Positions 47,751 to 59,787 of a stretch of DNA of 64,000 nt are shown in pieces (within the stretch, counting starts at the first letter, position 1; each line of letters starts with the position of its first letter). A model generated the notes under the pieces. The model did no database searches. It was not told the DNA's origin and worked only from the letters and a program-made list of their open reading frames with translations. This DNA is from Penicillus capitatus (taxonomy: Eukaryota > Plantae > Chlorophyta): the NCBI GenBank assembly GCA_965649825.1, contig OZ287696.1, forward strand, positions 1,646,081 to 1,710,080. The letters are read 5' to 3'. The translations under genes were made by a program, and so were the position numbers.

Positions 47751-50700
47751 CTATGATTGACTGGGACCAGCTCCCTGTCCCTTGAGGCGTTCGATCATCG
47801 TGGCCGTTCGCATGCCAAACTGCGTATTGGCGCCCATCATTCCTTGGATCTTTGTCAGCAGATCGACATTCTGCAGACTGGCGGCTGTCTTTGCTGCGGC
47901 AAGATTGAGACCGACTTTTGTGTAGAAGTCCACCTTTTCTTCGCCATCCGGAAGTCGATCGATGAATCTGCCACGTGACAGATGAGCGACAGAAAGCATC
48001 GGAGGGATAGGAGTGCGAACTTCTCAATGCGTTCTGGAGGAGCGCCGTGTTCCATGCTGGCCTTGATAAAAGGTTCCCATCCAATAGGAGATTTCCGCCA
48101 ACTTGCAAAGGCCTCTAATGTATCCCAGTCTCCTTTCTCAGCCAACGTCTGCACTTTGATCCACCAGAAATGTCTAGAGAGAGATGTTGTTCAGCAGGAG
48201 CAGTATCAGGGCAGCTGACTTGTCGCTCACGCCAAAGGAACGTTTGAAATCGTCGGCTGCTTTTTGGTTATCGAGTCGAATGCATTGCTTGATGGAATCG
48301 ACGACGCTCAAACCCACGAGAACATTCCTTCCCATGTTCTGATCAACATGTACCTGCATCTTGCGCAGTTGAGCGAATTCTTCACAGGACTTGGCTTGGA
48401 AATCATGTTTCTTGGACTGGAAACATACAAGTCCATCTGACAGATGCACCACGTGAGAGAAATTTACCCGCACAAAGAGAACGGCAGCCTCTTTGAGCAA
48501 ATTCACCACTTGCTCTCTCATATTCCCGATCGTGATATCGTCTTCCCCAGATGCATCGTCTGGGATCTCCAAGCTGATTGCCAGAGCGGAATCGAAGACC
48601 ATTCCTGCCTCCCCCTCTGACAAGCCTATCTGTCTGTACATCTCCTTTCCTGTATCCGGGTTCTGCAGAACATCACTCAATCTTCTGCGTAAGGCATAAG
48701 AGAGGCCGGCACACACACCTTGGCCTTGCAGTACTTAATGAAGAGATCCAATGCCTGCTTTTCTGAGAGGATAACGCTGGAAAACTCATGCAGCTGATCG
48801 ACCAAGGCCAGTTTTCTGTAGAGATGAAAGATGGTGAAATAGACAAGATCTGTATCGCCACTTTCGATGGCACATTGCAAGCCTCTCTGCTCATCTCCTA
48901 GTCTCAACAACAGCGGAACTTGATCCGCAGCTGTGCGTTCATATTCCAACAACAACCGAGCCAGATTCATTCGCCCTTGTTCCTGTCCGTCCGTAATAAA
49001 GAGTGTAGCAATGACTGGGACAGACTTACCTGAGCGTGTTTGGCAATTGTGGCATACTTGACGCCTTTGCATCCATGAAGCTTATCCACGATGACGAACT
49101 TGAGCTCTTCATCATCCGTTGCACTACCATCAGCAGAGATACGTGCACAAGCCCAATGACGCAGAACTTCGTCTTGGTTGAGTCCCATGCTTTCGCAGAT
49201 CTTGGACGCCAAGAAATGGTGGTGGGCATTGACCAATCTACAGGAACGAGTATTGGATGTCGTCTTTCCCCGACAGTGGCGTGGACCTCGAGATGAGTGT
49301 CGCGATGGTCTGTTCACGAAACTGCTTCATGGTCATGACAATACCGACTTCTGGTTCTCGGATACTCTTCAAGATTCGCAGTTTTTGGCACGTCTCGTAG
49401 ATTTTCAGATTTGGAAATCCAGTACAGAAGGCGAATCCATAAATGGCGGCTTTGAGTGCATCTCTCTGTTGCGGTACATCCATCAACTCACCTGCATATC
49501 TAGTGAAACAAGAGAAAGAGTGCGGAGTGTATGATGCCTTACTTGCCAGATGAATGCATGTGTGTATTGCCTCTGGCAGCTGTTCTTTGATGTTTCGCAG
49601 CATCATGTCTGCCGTTGCATCTTGTCCATCATATGCCTGTCTGGCCAAGTAGAGATCGCGTCCTGGATGATCGGACTCTTCGGATAGGACAGAGATCATA
49701 GAGTCCGAAACCAAACGCAGCAGCAGATGTTTGCTCTCGGTAATGACGCGGAGACAATCCATTTCTTGGGCCATGTACAATGGCCCATCGACTGAGAAAC
49801 TCGTCCATTCCCCTTCCGATTCCACCAAGATCAATGAGCTTTCAAACAACATGGCGATCAGATCGTTCGAGCACCAAGCAATCTGCTGCGGTGGAGCGTC
49901 CGTCGGGGGCTCGAATTCCAGAATAGGGGACAAATCTGCACGAACGCACAAACGCTCGATCGGCGCTGTAAGAGAAGGACGCTCTTGCCTGAGCTGAGTA
50001 CATATAGTGTGTCTTCCTGTGTGTATGCAATGATGAGCTCTCCATTCGGTGAGATCGTCATCATGGTCACAAAACCAATTTCCAGATCCTGTTGGATCGC
50101 ACGATAACTGTCCACCACAATCATTATCTCTTCGCATGCCAAGACCACCTATCTCACTCTTTCTCATTGCCATTTGCTGTCGAGGCATGACACGCACTTC
50201 CACGCCATGTGCCTGAGACACGCGAACGACCATGCATTGAGGATTCGACGTGATCTCCAGGTCGGCGAGTTTCTGCGGACGCACGTCTGTGAGGTCCGAT
50301 ATCGCCCAGAGGTTGTTCTCAAAGGTCAATCCGACAACGCCGCCAGGATAGACTTCACAGTTTAATAGCTTCTCTTGTGCACATGCTGTTCCCAGCGAGA
50401 ACTCCATAGGGAGGCGCTGTCCATGGATGTTGTAGACAGCTACATCGCCCAACACATCCACGAGGAGTAGCTGTTCGTCCGTCGTCCATCCCATGCCAAC
50501 AATAGATCCACCCGACCAAGCAAAACGCGAACGCTCAAGTCCTGACCCATTGAAGATGCGGACAACGGGTTGGACTGTTCCCCCACGCACGAGAACCATC
50601 TTCCTACTGTCTCGTATCGTCGCGATGGGTCCGCCAAACTGCGCCGAGACGATTCTACGTACGCAACCGACGTTGCTCCAAACCTGTCCTTAAGCAACGG

Positions 50701-50865
50701 ACCACCTCATGTTCTCCAGCTGAGGATCGTCCCAGACCATGTCGTACAGACAGTCCCACTGCATACGGAGAGATCCGCAGTCGTGCCATTCGGAGCCTGC
50801 AGAACGAAGTGTGGCTTTGACCGAGAGGCAGTAAACGACCTACTGTTCACTTCGTCGATTTTCAT
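47751..50865 (-). CDS. VPS16: Vacuolar protein sorting 16 (HOPS/CORVET subunit)
   Basis: LYDMVW..AQFGGPIATIRD, VRIFNGSG, PPQQIAWC, QRDALKAAIYG, ILRHWACARI, QVPLLLRLG..AIESGDTDL, SPIGWEPF. Confidence 0.93.
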
Positions 50866-50938
50866 TCTTCAATGCTGGTTGTTGGACCAACGTACGAATG
50901 AACGAAAGCCCGAACGAACGCACAAATGCGACGTGACG

Positions 50939-52366
50939 ATGTGGAGTCTGTTTGAGAGGGCATACGCGCAGGGTTTTCGGACGATCCTTGGATTGATCGA
51001 GAAAGAATATGTTCCAGACTTCGTCGTTCGTTGCGGTATACGCTACCTCCTGCGACAACGCCTGGCAATGGAGGTCTCAGGGTTTTGCGATGTGATCCTT
51101 GGCCGAAGGGCAATGTGTGTTGTTAGCGTCATGGCACGGTGTCTGAACAGCTGCGACGCAAATTGGAAACGATCGAGCGATTCAAAGAAATGCCCATCGC
51201 TATCAACACAGCCGAAGCGAACGAACAGCATTATGAAGTTGGGGAGATGCACTCTCTTACAGAAGTGTGATTCGATCTTGGTGCTTAGGTTCCCACAGAG
51301 TACTTTGATCTCTGTTTAGGGAAATGGAAGAAATACAGTGCATGTTTGTTCCTGTCAGATGAAGATTCCTTGCAGATAGCTGAAGAGAACATGCTGAGTA
51401 GGGAGGAATTCTACTTTCCAGATAAAACGACAAGATGAATGCCAAGGTCTCTACTGCCGCAAGGCAGAGATCGTGAATGGAATGCATGTGCTGGATGTGG
51501 GCTGCGGTTGGGGTTCTCTCACTCTTTTCGTGGTACGTTCTCGTCATAGCATACTGCCTTCTCTTAAAATCCAAAGGCCACTGCCTTTCCAGAGTGCCAG
51601 GTGACAGCGGTGTCGAATTCTGCGACGCAGAAGGCATACATCGAAGACACCGCAGCAAAAAATGGTCTACAGAATGTCCGTGTTCTAACATCGGACATCA
51701 ATGTCTTTGAAGCACCAGAGAAATACGATCGCATCCTTTCGATCGAGATGTTTGAGCACATGAAGAATTACAAGGTCTCGTATCTGTACTAGCCCAAAGA
51801 CACATTGCCGAACAGATCCCCCAGGCCTTGCTGAATAAACTTTCCAAATGGCTAAACCCAGATGGAAAGCTCTTTGTGCACTATTTTTGTCATAAGAGCT
51901 ATGTTTATGAATTCAAGGTATATATACCTGCTTGGAATGACGGGCATCGTCTGGAAAGGAAGATTGTGAGATAGGTGGAGGGAGAAGACGATTGGATGGC
52001 GAAGTACTTCTTTACCGGTGGAACGATGCCGAGTCTCGATCTTTTACTCCATTTTCAGGAAGATCTCGTTGTGAAGAACCTGGAGTATATCAACGGCATT
52101 CACTACTCTCGTACACTCGAAGCATGGCTTCAGAAGATGGACGCCCATAGGCATCAGATTCTTCCTCTCTTTAAGGTCTTTCGGATGCTCGATCTCCTGC
52201 GCAGATGATGACGCGTGCGCTTTCTCTGCAGAAGGCTTACAGGGAAGAGAATGGGAAATGGTTTGTCTACTGGCGTCTGTTCTACATGGCATGCAGTGAA
52301 CTGTTTCGTCTCGATGGGGGAGAAGAATGGGGCGTTGCACACGTCCTGCTACAGAAATCAAAGTGA
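50939..52366 (+). CDS. Coclaurine N-methyltransferase-like / CMAS-family SAM methyltransferase
   Basis: PIAINTAEANEQHYEVPTEYF, LDVGCGWGSL, SIEMFEHMKNY, DWMAKYFFTGGTMPS, YWRLFYMACSELF. Confidence 0.92.
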
Positions 52367-52729
52367 TAACCAATGTGAAAGACACACTGCCTGTGAAGTA
52401 GACCACATGTGACAGAAAGATGAATGGGTACGACCGTGTCCTTGTGGGACTCTCGAAGATAAACATAACGACAGTCATTCCTTTATATCCCGTCTTAAAC
52501 AAATAGACAACATCTGCGTCCGTATCTGGCTTGTGTGCAAGAGAGCAAGACAATGCCGCAAAGTAATAAAACACCGCAAGAAAACTCTGCCCCGGGGGTT
52601 CAACGCACCGGATGGCTGAGTTTATTAATTGGACATAGTTGGATAGAAAAAAATCGACACCCCCACTGCGACACGTTAAATACGGCATCTGCTCGGATCC
52701 ACACTCCACGATAAAGCAATAAACAACAG

Positions 52730-53691
52730 CTAGTGGCGTTTACTGGTTGCTAGAATAAGACGGGTCACAGAGGGCGCTTCAAAAAGTTCACAAATTTGAA
52801 GAAATTGACGATTTTCGAGTGTGACAGCACGGCAAAGGACAATCCTCTGAACTGCACACACGAACATGGATTGCAAACAAGTAATCCGTCCAGTCACAAG
52901 TCGTGCACGGATAGCCTTGTTTGCGCAACACACATGCACGAAGATGCCGGATTAACCTGAGACATTTGTTGACCTCGCGACCCGACACGAGAGATTTCTT
53001 ACCTCTTGAGTGAAACACACATCACATGGCAGTTGTCAGACTTACATAAATACGCATGCACGAGTGGGTCTTCTTCTTGAAACTGCGTCGCGGGCGGCAG
53101 GACTTCCCTTGTCCCTGCGCCCAATTCGTCTAAGTCGGATGTCCCATCTAAGTGTGCCCGACGGTAATCAGTTGAGCCAGCATCGCGAAACGAGACAGCT
53201 CCAAAGTTGTCGTTCAGAAGGTTGCCTGGGTAGAAAGGGTGACCCGGAGGCGCATTGCACAGGGGTACAGTGTGAGCAGCGCGACCCTGAGTCGAGGCAA
53301 AACGCGTCGCCATCTGCCCAGACATTTCGTGAACCTTCTGCACTTCGCTTAGCTGATATGGTCCTGGTACTCTGAACTCCGTTCTTTGTCGTATCGCCTC
53401 CTGGGCCAAGAAATAAGGAGTGGTTTAGAGAGGCTTGTGGCTTAAATGGCCACTATATGACCGGACGAGCGACGGTCGAAGAGAAAGGCGGCTGGTTGGG
53501 GCAGTACTTACTTCATGACGCGAGACTGCACTGGACGACGGCTTTATCTCGTGAAGTGCCTCGCTCGGCGGTTGGTCCGAGGCGTGGACGGTGCTAAATC
53601 GCGTGGCGCTTTTCGCTGTTTTCTCAAACTCGCGGCGTCGGGCAAGAAAATACGTCCAGCGTCGCCTTGCTACGTCATCTGTCCACGACAT
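52730..53691 (-). CDS. Hypothetical protein (tentative)
   Basis: Successive minus-strand ORFs (MSWTDDVARRRWTYFLARRREFE..; QEAIRQRTEF..DPLVHAYL) bounded by GT..AG sites; no domain recognised, 3' end unclear. Confidence 0.35.
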
Positions 53692-53866
53692 TGCTACCAC
53701 GAACTACAATTCGTCCATGTCATCTAAGAACGCCGGCCGTCGCTGTCACTTGAACATTTCGGAATGTAAAAGCCTCGTGAATGTATTGGACACAAAAGAA
53801 CCAAGTCTTCCGAGTGGTGGAGAGACAAAACAGGGTTGGTTGGACAAAAATATACAACAGAAAAGC

Positions 53867-54808
53867 TCACTGCTCGCTACTGGAAGGACTCATCAGTCCA
53901 CCACTCCTGCGACGTCTTCTTAACATAGGCGCATTTAAATCCAAATGCAACTGCAAAGCCAAGGCTTCGTCACTGAACAGCTTCCTCCTCCTCCTTCTAG
54001 ACACTTTCTTTACATCCGCACCCACTTCCTCTTCTCCTTGTCCTTCTTCGTCGTCCTCGACAAAATCGGAACAGGAGGATGAATTGCTGCCATCATCGAT
54101 CAGCAAAGATCGTTTGGATGGCCGTGCACGCCGAACCGGACACATCCGCAACGGTGCCAAGGCCCGAATGACACTTTTTGTCTCTCTTTTTCCCCGAGAA
54201 CGGGAAGTCCGGACTTTCAGAGGTTCTTCAGAATGGGGCATGCATTTCAACTGTTGTCCTTCAGTTGTTATCGCATGCTTTGGCGTTTCATGTTTGGTCT
54301 TGTTTTTTGGTGGCCGTCCTCGTTTTCGCTTCACTGGGATTATTTCTGCCTTGGGCATTGATCCTTTACGTCCCTGACCACGACTCTTTCCTGTTTGACC
54401 TTGATCCTCCTCTTTCTGATACCTCTCAGGCTCATGAGCATACAGCCGTGCGATTTTCTTCTTCAGCCCCAGCAGACAGAGCGCTTCTTTTGTGTCTTGT
54501 TGGAACTTTCGGCTCAGACATGTCGTAAACGGCCGATCCGAATCGACATCTCCATCGATAGGTATACACCGCGTTTCCGATTTTTTCTCTCGACGTTCTC
54601 CATCCTGCACCCGAAGACCCATACGTTCGCGTCTACCATCGCTCCACATTTCGTCGTCGTACTTTTCTCGGGACGCGGTGGGTATTGTGCGTCGATGATG
54701 CGTGTCCCCTCGATTTGGTTTCTGCAACAAAGCGGTACATCACTGACCGATTCTGTGACACGTCGACCTAGAACGCCCAATTCTTAGCGCCAAATTTATC
54801 GCCGCCAT
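53867..54808 (-). CDS. AT-hook chromatin-type protein with C-terminal UIM-like helix
   Basis: KRKRGRPPKNK AT-hook, acidic tract, SDEALALQLHLDLNAP; 5' exons tentative. Confidence 0.55.
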
Positions 54809-55152
54809 GCCCCTAAGGGAGTGCTTACGTAGCGTTGATAGAAAGCGCGTTCACAGTTCAACTCCTTGGGTTGACGTCCAATCGAGCTCCAGAGATTCGG
54901 CGAAAATTTGGGACCAGACGTTCCCTCGTTCATTCTTCGACAGCGCTCTGTGAGAAATGGATGAATTTCGAGCAGAAGTCTTGAAGATTCGAGATTTACG
55001 AGTTCTTAGTCGCGCTCATGGACAGTGATTGACGTCGATGTCCCGTCTAGCAAACGCGTGTCAGATATGCCACAACGCGCAATTCGATGAATTCAGAAAA
55101 AACAAACAACCTCTTGCATGAAACGGTGAGGCTCAGATGACGTGACGCAGAT

Positions 55153-58100
55153 GTGGCTGTCGTGTCGACTCCCCTGCGACAACCATGCGTTATCCCAGTG
55201 GTCGAAAGGCATCGATGGTACGACAGTGTTCGTTCGTTCATTCGAGATCATGCAGGCGGCAACAGTGAAGTCAATAGAGGGGCGCGTGTCGGGAGAGGGA
55301 TGCAATGGAGCTCAACGTCATGCAACGCTCGATGCACGCATTCGCAGTTCCTTGCGGCGATGCTGCGGTGTCACAGCTATACGGTGAGAGATGTCATCGA
55401 AGTGGAAGAGAAAGGATGTGTTGTCTCTCTCACAGTGCCACCTCACCAAACGTCCCTTCTTCGGTCATGACGGGCGTCACGGGATCCGACATTGAGGTCA
55501 ATGAACTCGCTGATGCACAGAGTAGTGACCCCAGTATCAAGAAGAAAAAAGCCAATCATACCCGTTCAGCACTTAAGCATGTCCCATGTATGATCTCACT
55601 CTTTCTCTGTCAAAAGCGCGGAGGTGAGATTTGTGTCTTGTCTAGTGCGCTTGTTTACGGAAGGAAAAATGGAAGAGCTGTTGTCGATGTATCGATCTCT
55701 GGTGAAGGACGGTCAGTTGGAGGGTGTTGTGTCTATGGTGCGTCAGTTGGATCACGAAAACCGCTACGACGTTTTAATGAAGTGACGATTGCTCAGAATC
55801 CCATTGCAGAAGGGTCTGAACTTCTGTTCTGTTAGTATCTTTCAAAGGGACTTTATGAAGCAGGCATTGCAGAAAAAAGCTGTCAAACAAGCCATGGAAT
55901 ATGTCCAGCTTCTTCCAGATGAGGCCGTAGACTGTCGAACGTATACCATGCTTGCATCTGTCTGCGTCCACGCATGCGATGTCAAAAACGCATTACTGGC
56001 TGCCGAACACATGCAGCAAAGAGGATTGAAAATGGATCTGCCCATGTACACCAATCTGATCAGAGGTCATTTATCGCAGCCCATCCAGTATGACATCCTT
56101 TGATGCCCTTTGCAGCTCACGGTGCATGCGGCGATGTGAATGCTGCTTTCCAGTTGTATGCAGAGATGAAAGATCAAGGCATGATTCCTGATAATACGGT
56201 AGTGGGGGCTTTGGCAACCATGTGTGCCAAGAAACTGAAATCGTCCAAGAAAGAAGACCGTCGTACGAATCTCGTCTTGATGGAGAGAGCGTCGAATCTG
56301 ATTCGAGATCTTCAGCAATTTGGCATCGCTCCAGATACAAGAATGTGGAATATATTTGTGGTCTGTGCTGGAAGAGCTGGCCAAGTTCAACGCGCGTTCG
56401 ATACGTTACAGCAGATGCAGGAACGAAGTGTCAATGCAGATTCCGTGACGTACACCTCACTGATTGATGCCTGTGTCAAATCACACAGCAGAGATATGGG
56501 ATTGAGGATCTATGACCTTGCGCTTAACAAGGTGCGTTCTGTGCACAGATCATCTTATGGATACAAATCTGCCTGCTTTACAGCTTTCTGCTCCGTCGAT
56601 TTCAGTTTACACTGTTGCCTTAGAGGCTTGTATGTGCGGTTCGGAACCAGTCGATTCGGATCGCGCTTTTGAGATCTATCGACAAGCAGAGCAGTCAGGG
56701 AAACCGATGGATGAGCACTTCTTTTCGACAATGATTCGTGCCGCAGGCAAGGCAGGAATGCCGGAGCTTGCCCTCTCTGTCGAGGACAACATGCGTGTTC
56801 AAGGTATTATTATTATTCCATCCGCTATTCGCCAAGTCCTTTTTTGCACGCGGATTTCAGGGATCGAGCAATCCACAGTGACATGCTCGTCGTTGATCTC
56901 GGCAGCTCTGGCAGCACACGATCTGCAGCTAGCATCTAAGATCTATTCCACGATGATGTCTAAAGGCATCTTTCCTGATCTCCACCAGTTCACCAATCTG
57001 ATGCAGGCCCACGCTCGTATCTATCGCTTTGGAGATATGGTTAGCTTGGTGGAAGATATCGCCAGACAGAATCTGACACCCGATGATGTCATGTCCGATA
57101 TTATCCTTTCGTCCTTTAAAGATGCAGAAATGGCAGATTTGGCATTCGCTGTGTTCACCTTGCTCAGAGGGAAGGGCGTTCCTCTCACTGAGCGTATATG
57201 CTTCTCGATGTTGGACATTATCCACATCCAGATCAAAGCCTTGAGGTCATCGAGCTATCGTACGTCGCTGTCGAAGATTCGTGCTGTCTAGAGGTGTGAA
57301 ATGGGCGAAACCAGATTGCCATACGGCGTCAATGACGGAGGGCATGGCGTTGTTGAAAGCGCTGTCCAATGACAAAGGTGTTCCGCCAGTCCAACCAGCT
57401 ACAGTTGCCGCCTGGGTCGATCGCTCCATTTCTATCTACAAATCTGCGCTAGGCTCTGGAGTGATGCCCTGTCTAAAGCTTCTGGCCAAGGTGCTCGCAT
57501 GTCTTCGCATTCCCCACGAAGCTTGCAAGATCCATGATGCCAAGAAAACTGATCTCAAATCTTTCGATCCGTATGCAGATATTGACGCATTTACTGGTCA
57601 CACAGATCAGCCGATTCCAAAGTCACCTTCCGAAACGTGCTTCGACAAGAGAGCGATACAAGTGCCTTCGTTTTCTATTCTTCCGCTGATGATCACGCAC
57701 GGGTGTCTTGTGTAGTTAATTAACGAGGCCATCGCTTCTGAACTGATTCGACCCTTCTGCATCGACATCCAAAGAGAGATACAGATCGGGTACATGCCAC
57801 CGACCATTGCAGAGGCATACGTTTTTACAATGATCGAAACCATTACCTATCATTACAACAAAGAAGCATTCTATCCAAAGAAGATCGTTCTCAAAACACA
57901 CCCATTCGATCCAAAGAAAGCATTGCTTCCAAGTCTCTCTTCATAACCGCTCCCCTTCTCCTAACATATCGCATTTGATCAGGCGAAGTCTGGAAAGGAA
58001 AGGATCAAGAAAGACCGTCCCACGAGGGAAGGATCTTTGCGTCCAGATTCGACAAGGAAAGCTACGGAGAGTGTACATCCCTGGCAGTGATTGCTCTCCT

Positions 58101-58329
58101 GCGTCGATTGCGTCTTTGGCATACCACCGATCGACGTCGTGGTTTGATTATCATCTCCTCTGCAGACATTATAAATTGGATGGATGCCAAGAAGGAAGTG
58201 GAACACATGAGCGCCTTAGCAGAACAAGAGAAGCACAAGACGCCCTTTGCTGCAAAACTTGCCACCCAGCAACGAGATATCCGCGCCATGCACAAGCAGA
58301 CCACATCTGATGCGTCCGATTCTCTTTAG
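55153..58329 (+). CDS. MRL1: PPR protein MRL1 (rbcL mRNA maturation factor)
   Basis: KKAVKQAMEY..TYTMLASVC, tandem PPRs (MYTNLI, MWNIFVVCAGRAGQVQRAFD, FFSTMIRAAG), C-terminal MRL1-type domain (KVLACLRIPH, FDKRAIQLINEAIA, MPPTIAEAYV, VIALLRRLRL). 5' end uncertain. Confidence 0.85.
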
Positions 58330-58545
58330 AAAATGATGCCGTCTTTGGTGAGATCTCCTTCTATTTTTTGACTTTACTATACTATTTACCGAGAGGATTC
58401 TTTCAATCTTCTGCAATTGTTTTTTCTCATCGCCAGGAAAGCGGGCGGTCATTGATAAAGCATAAGTGGGCTGGACATACGATGCAAGGGATGGGTTTCT
58501 TACAGAGTGTCCTTATTGATGAAGGACGCATGTTATATCCAGTTG

Positions 58546-59653
58546 TTATGTCCAGTTCAGTGCAGTCGTAATGGCAAAGACAACAAAAAGCAGGCCGCTC
58601 GTGAGATTGATGCTCTTTTCTGAAATGAAGTTGGAGATATACGAGCCACCCACCACTGCAATGATGGCGGCTATGGTGTGCCCTGCGATCCCTCCCAATG
58701 TCACACCCAATGGACTGTGACTGGCACCCAGCGCAATGGTCGTCAGCATGGATCGATCACCCCATTCTGCCACGAAAATCAAAGCGGCCACAATGAAGAT
58801 CGATCGCAACGGCAGGTGCCATCGAACGGAATGGGCATCTTCTTCAGAATCGTCTGTTGAAATGGCCTTTGCGTTTTTCGCAGCCCGTTCGACCGTTTCT
58901 TCTGCATCGGCCAGTTCATCTCCTTCCTCCCCGGCATCACTGCTCCGTACACCGCTCCAAATGTTTGTCAGCCCAAAGAAGAAGAGAAGGGCCACACTGA
59001 GGTACTTGCCGACAGGAAACGAGGTCTTCATCGCATCAGGAATGGCGCTGAACGCCACACCCAGTCCAACGGAAAGCGACGTCATGACACTCAGAGCCAG
59101 TACTGTTCCACAGAACGAGATCCAACGACCAAGGCGCATGGCCAGAATAGCGCAAATGAAGAACGTCTTGTCTCCAATCTCGCTCAGAAAGATCAGAGAC
59201 AGTGCCGCAACGAATCCAGAACGACCTAACCACGATGCCATCAACTGACTCCGAATGGTCGCTCCCGTTTGCGAAGAAACTACAGAATCTCGATCAGATC
59301 GACAACATGAACTTCTCCAACGAGATCTCACTGAGAAAGAAAAGAAGCCCGGTGCCAAGAGCCAGAAACCCTAGATTTCTCAACACCGGAGAACTGGGAT
59401 CCGTTGTCGTCGTTCGTTTCAGATCATCAGGAGAACACTGACAGACAACGGATCTCGCCATCTGTACTCTATTCTTCGTTGACAGGGCAATGGAGACCAT
59501 CGTGTCAATACGCATCCTTCCATTTACAGCTAGGTGCTCTCTGTGGGCGTGATGGGTGGGACCACAAAAACGGCTCAGTCGGCGTCGAGGATCACGCCAG
59601 AGAAGCGTCCGTCCAACGAGAGGCACACGCTCTAAGCCGCGTACAAGATCCAT
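58546..59653 (-). CDS. GDT1/UPF0016 Mn2+/Ca2+ transporter, CMT1/PAM71-HL-like, plastid-targeted
   Basis: Twin signature motifs FLSEIGDKTF and AEWGDRSM; transit-like N-terminus. Confidence 0.93.
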
Positions 59654-59787
59654 CTTAGTAGCGATGTTTGCGAATACTGAGCGATTCTGTATGATTTGAA
59701 CTGCTGTCGTTGTACAAAGGAATGACGTGAGACGCCGTCGATCTGTTGCATTTCTTGCATCTTCTCCTTCCTGTTTTGAAGAACGCG

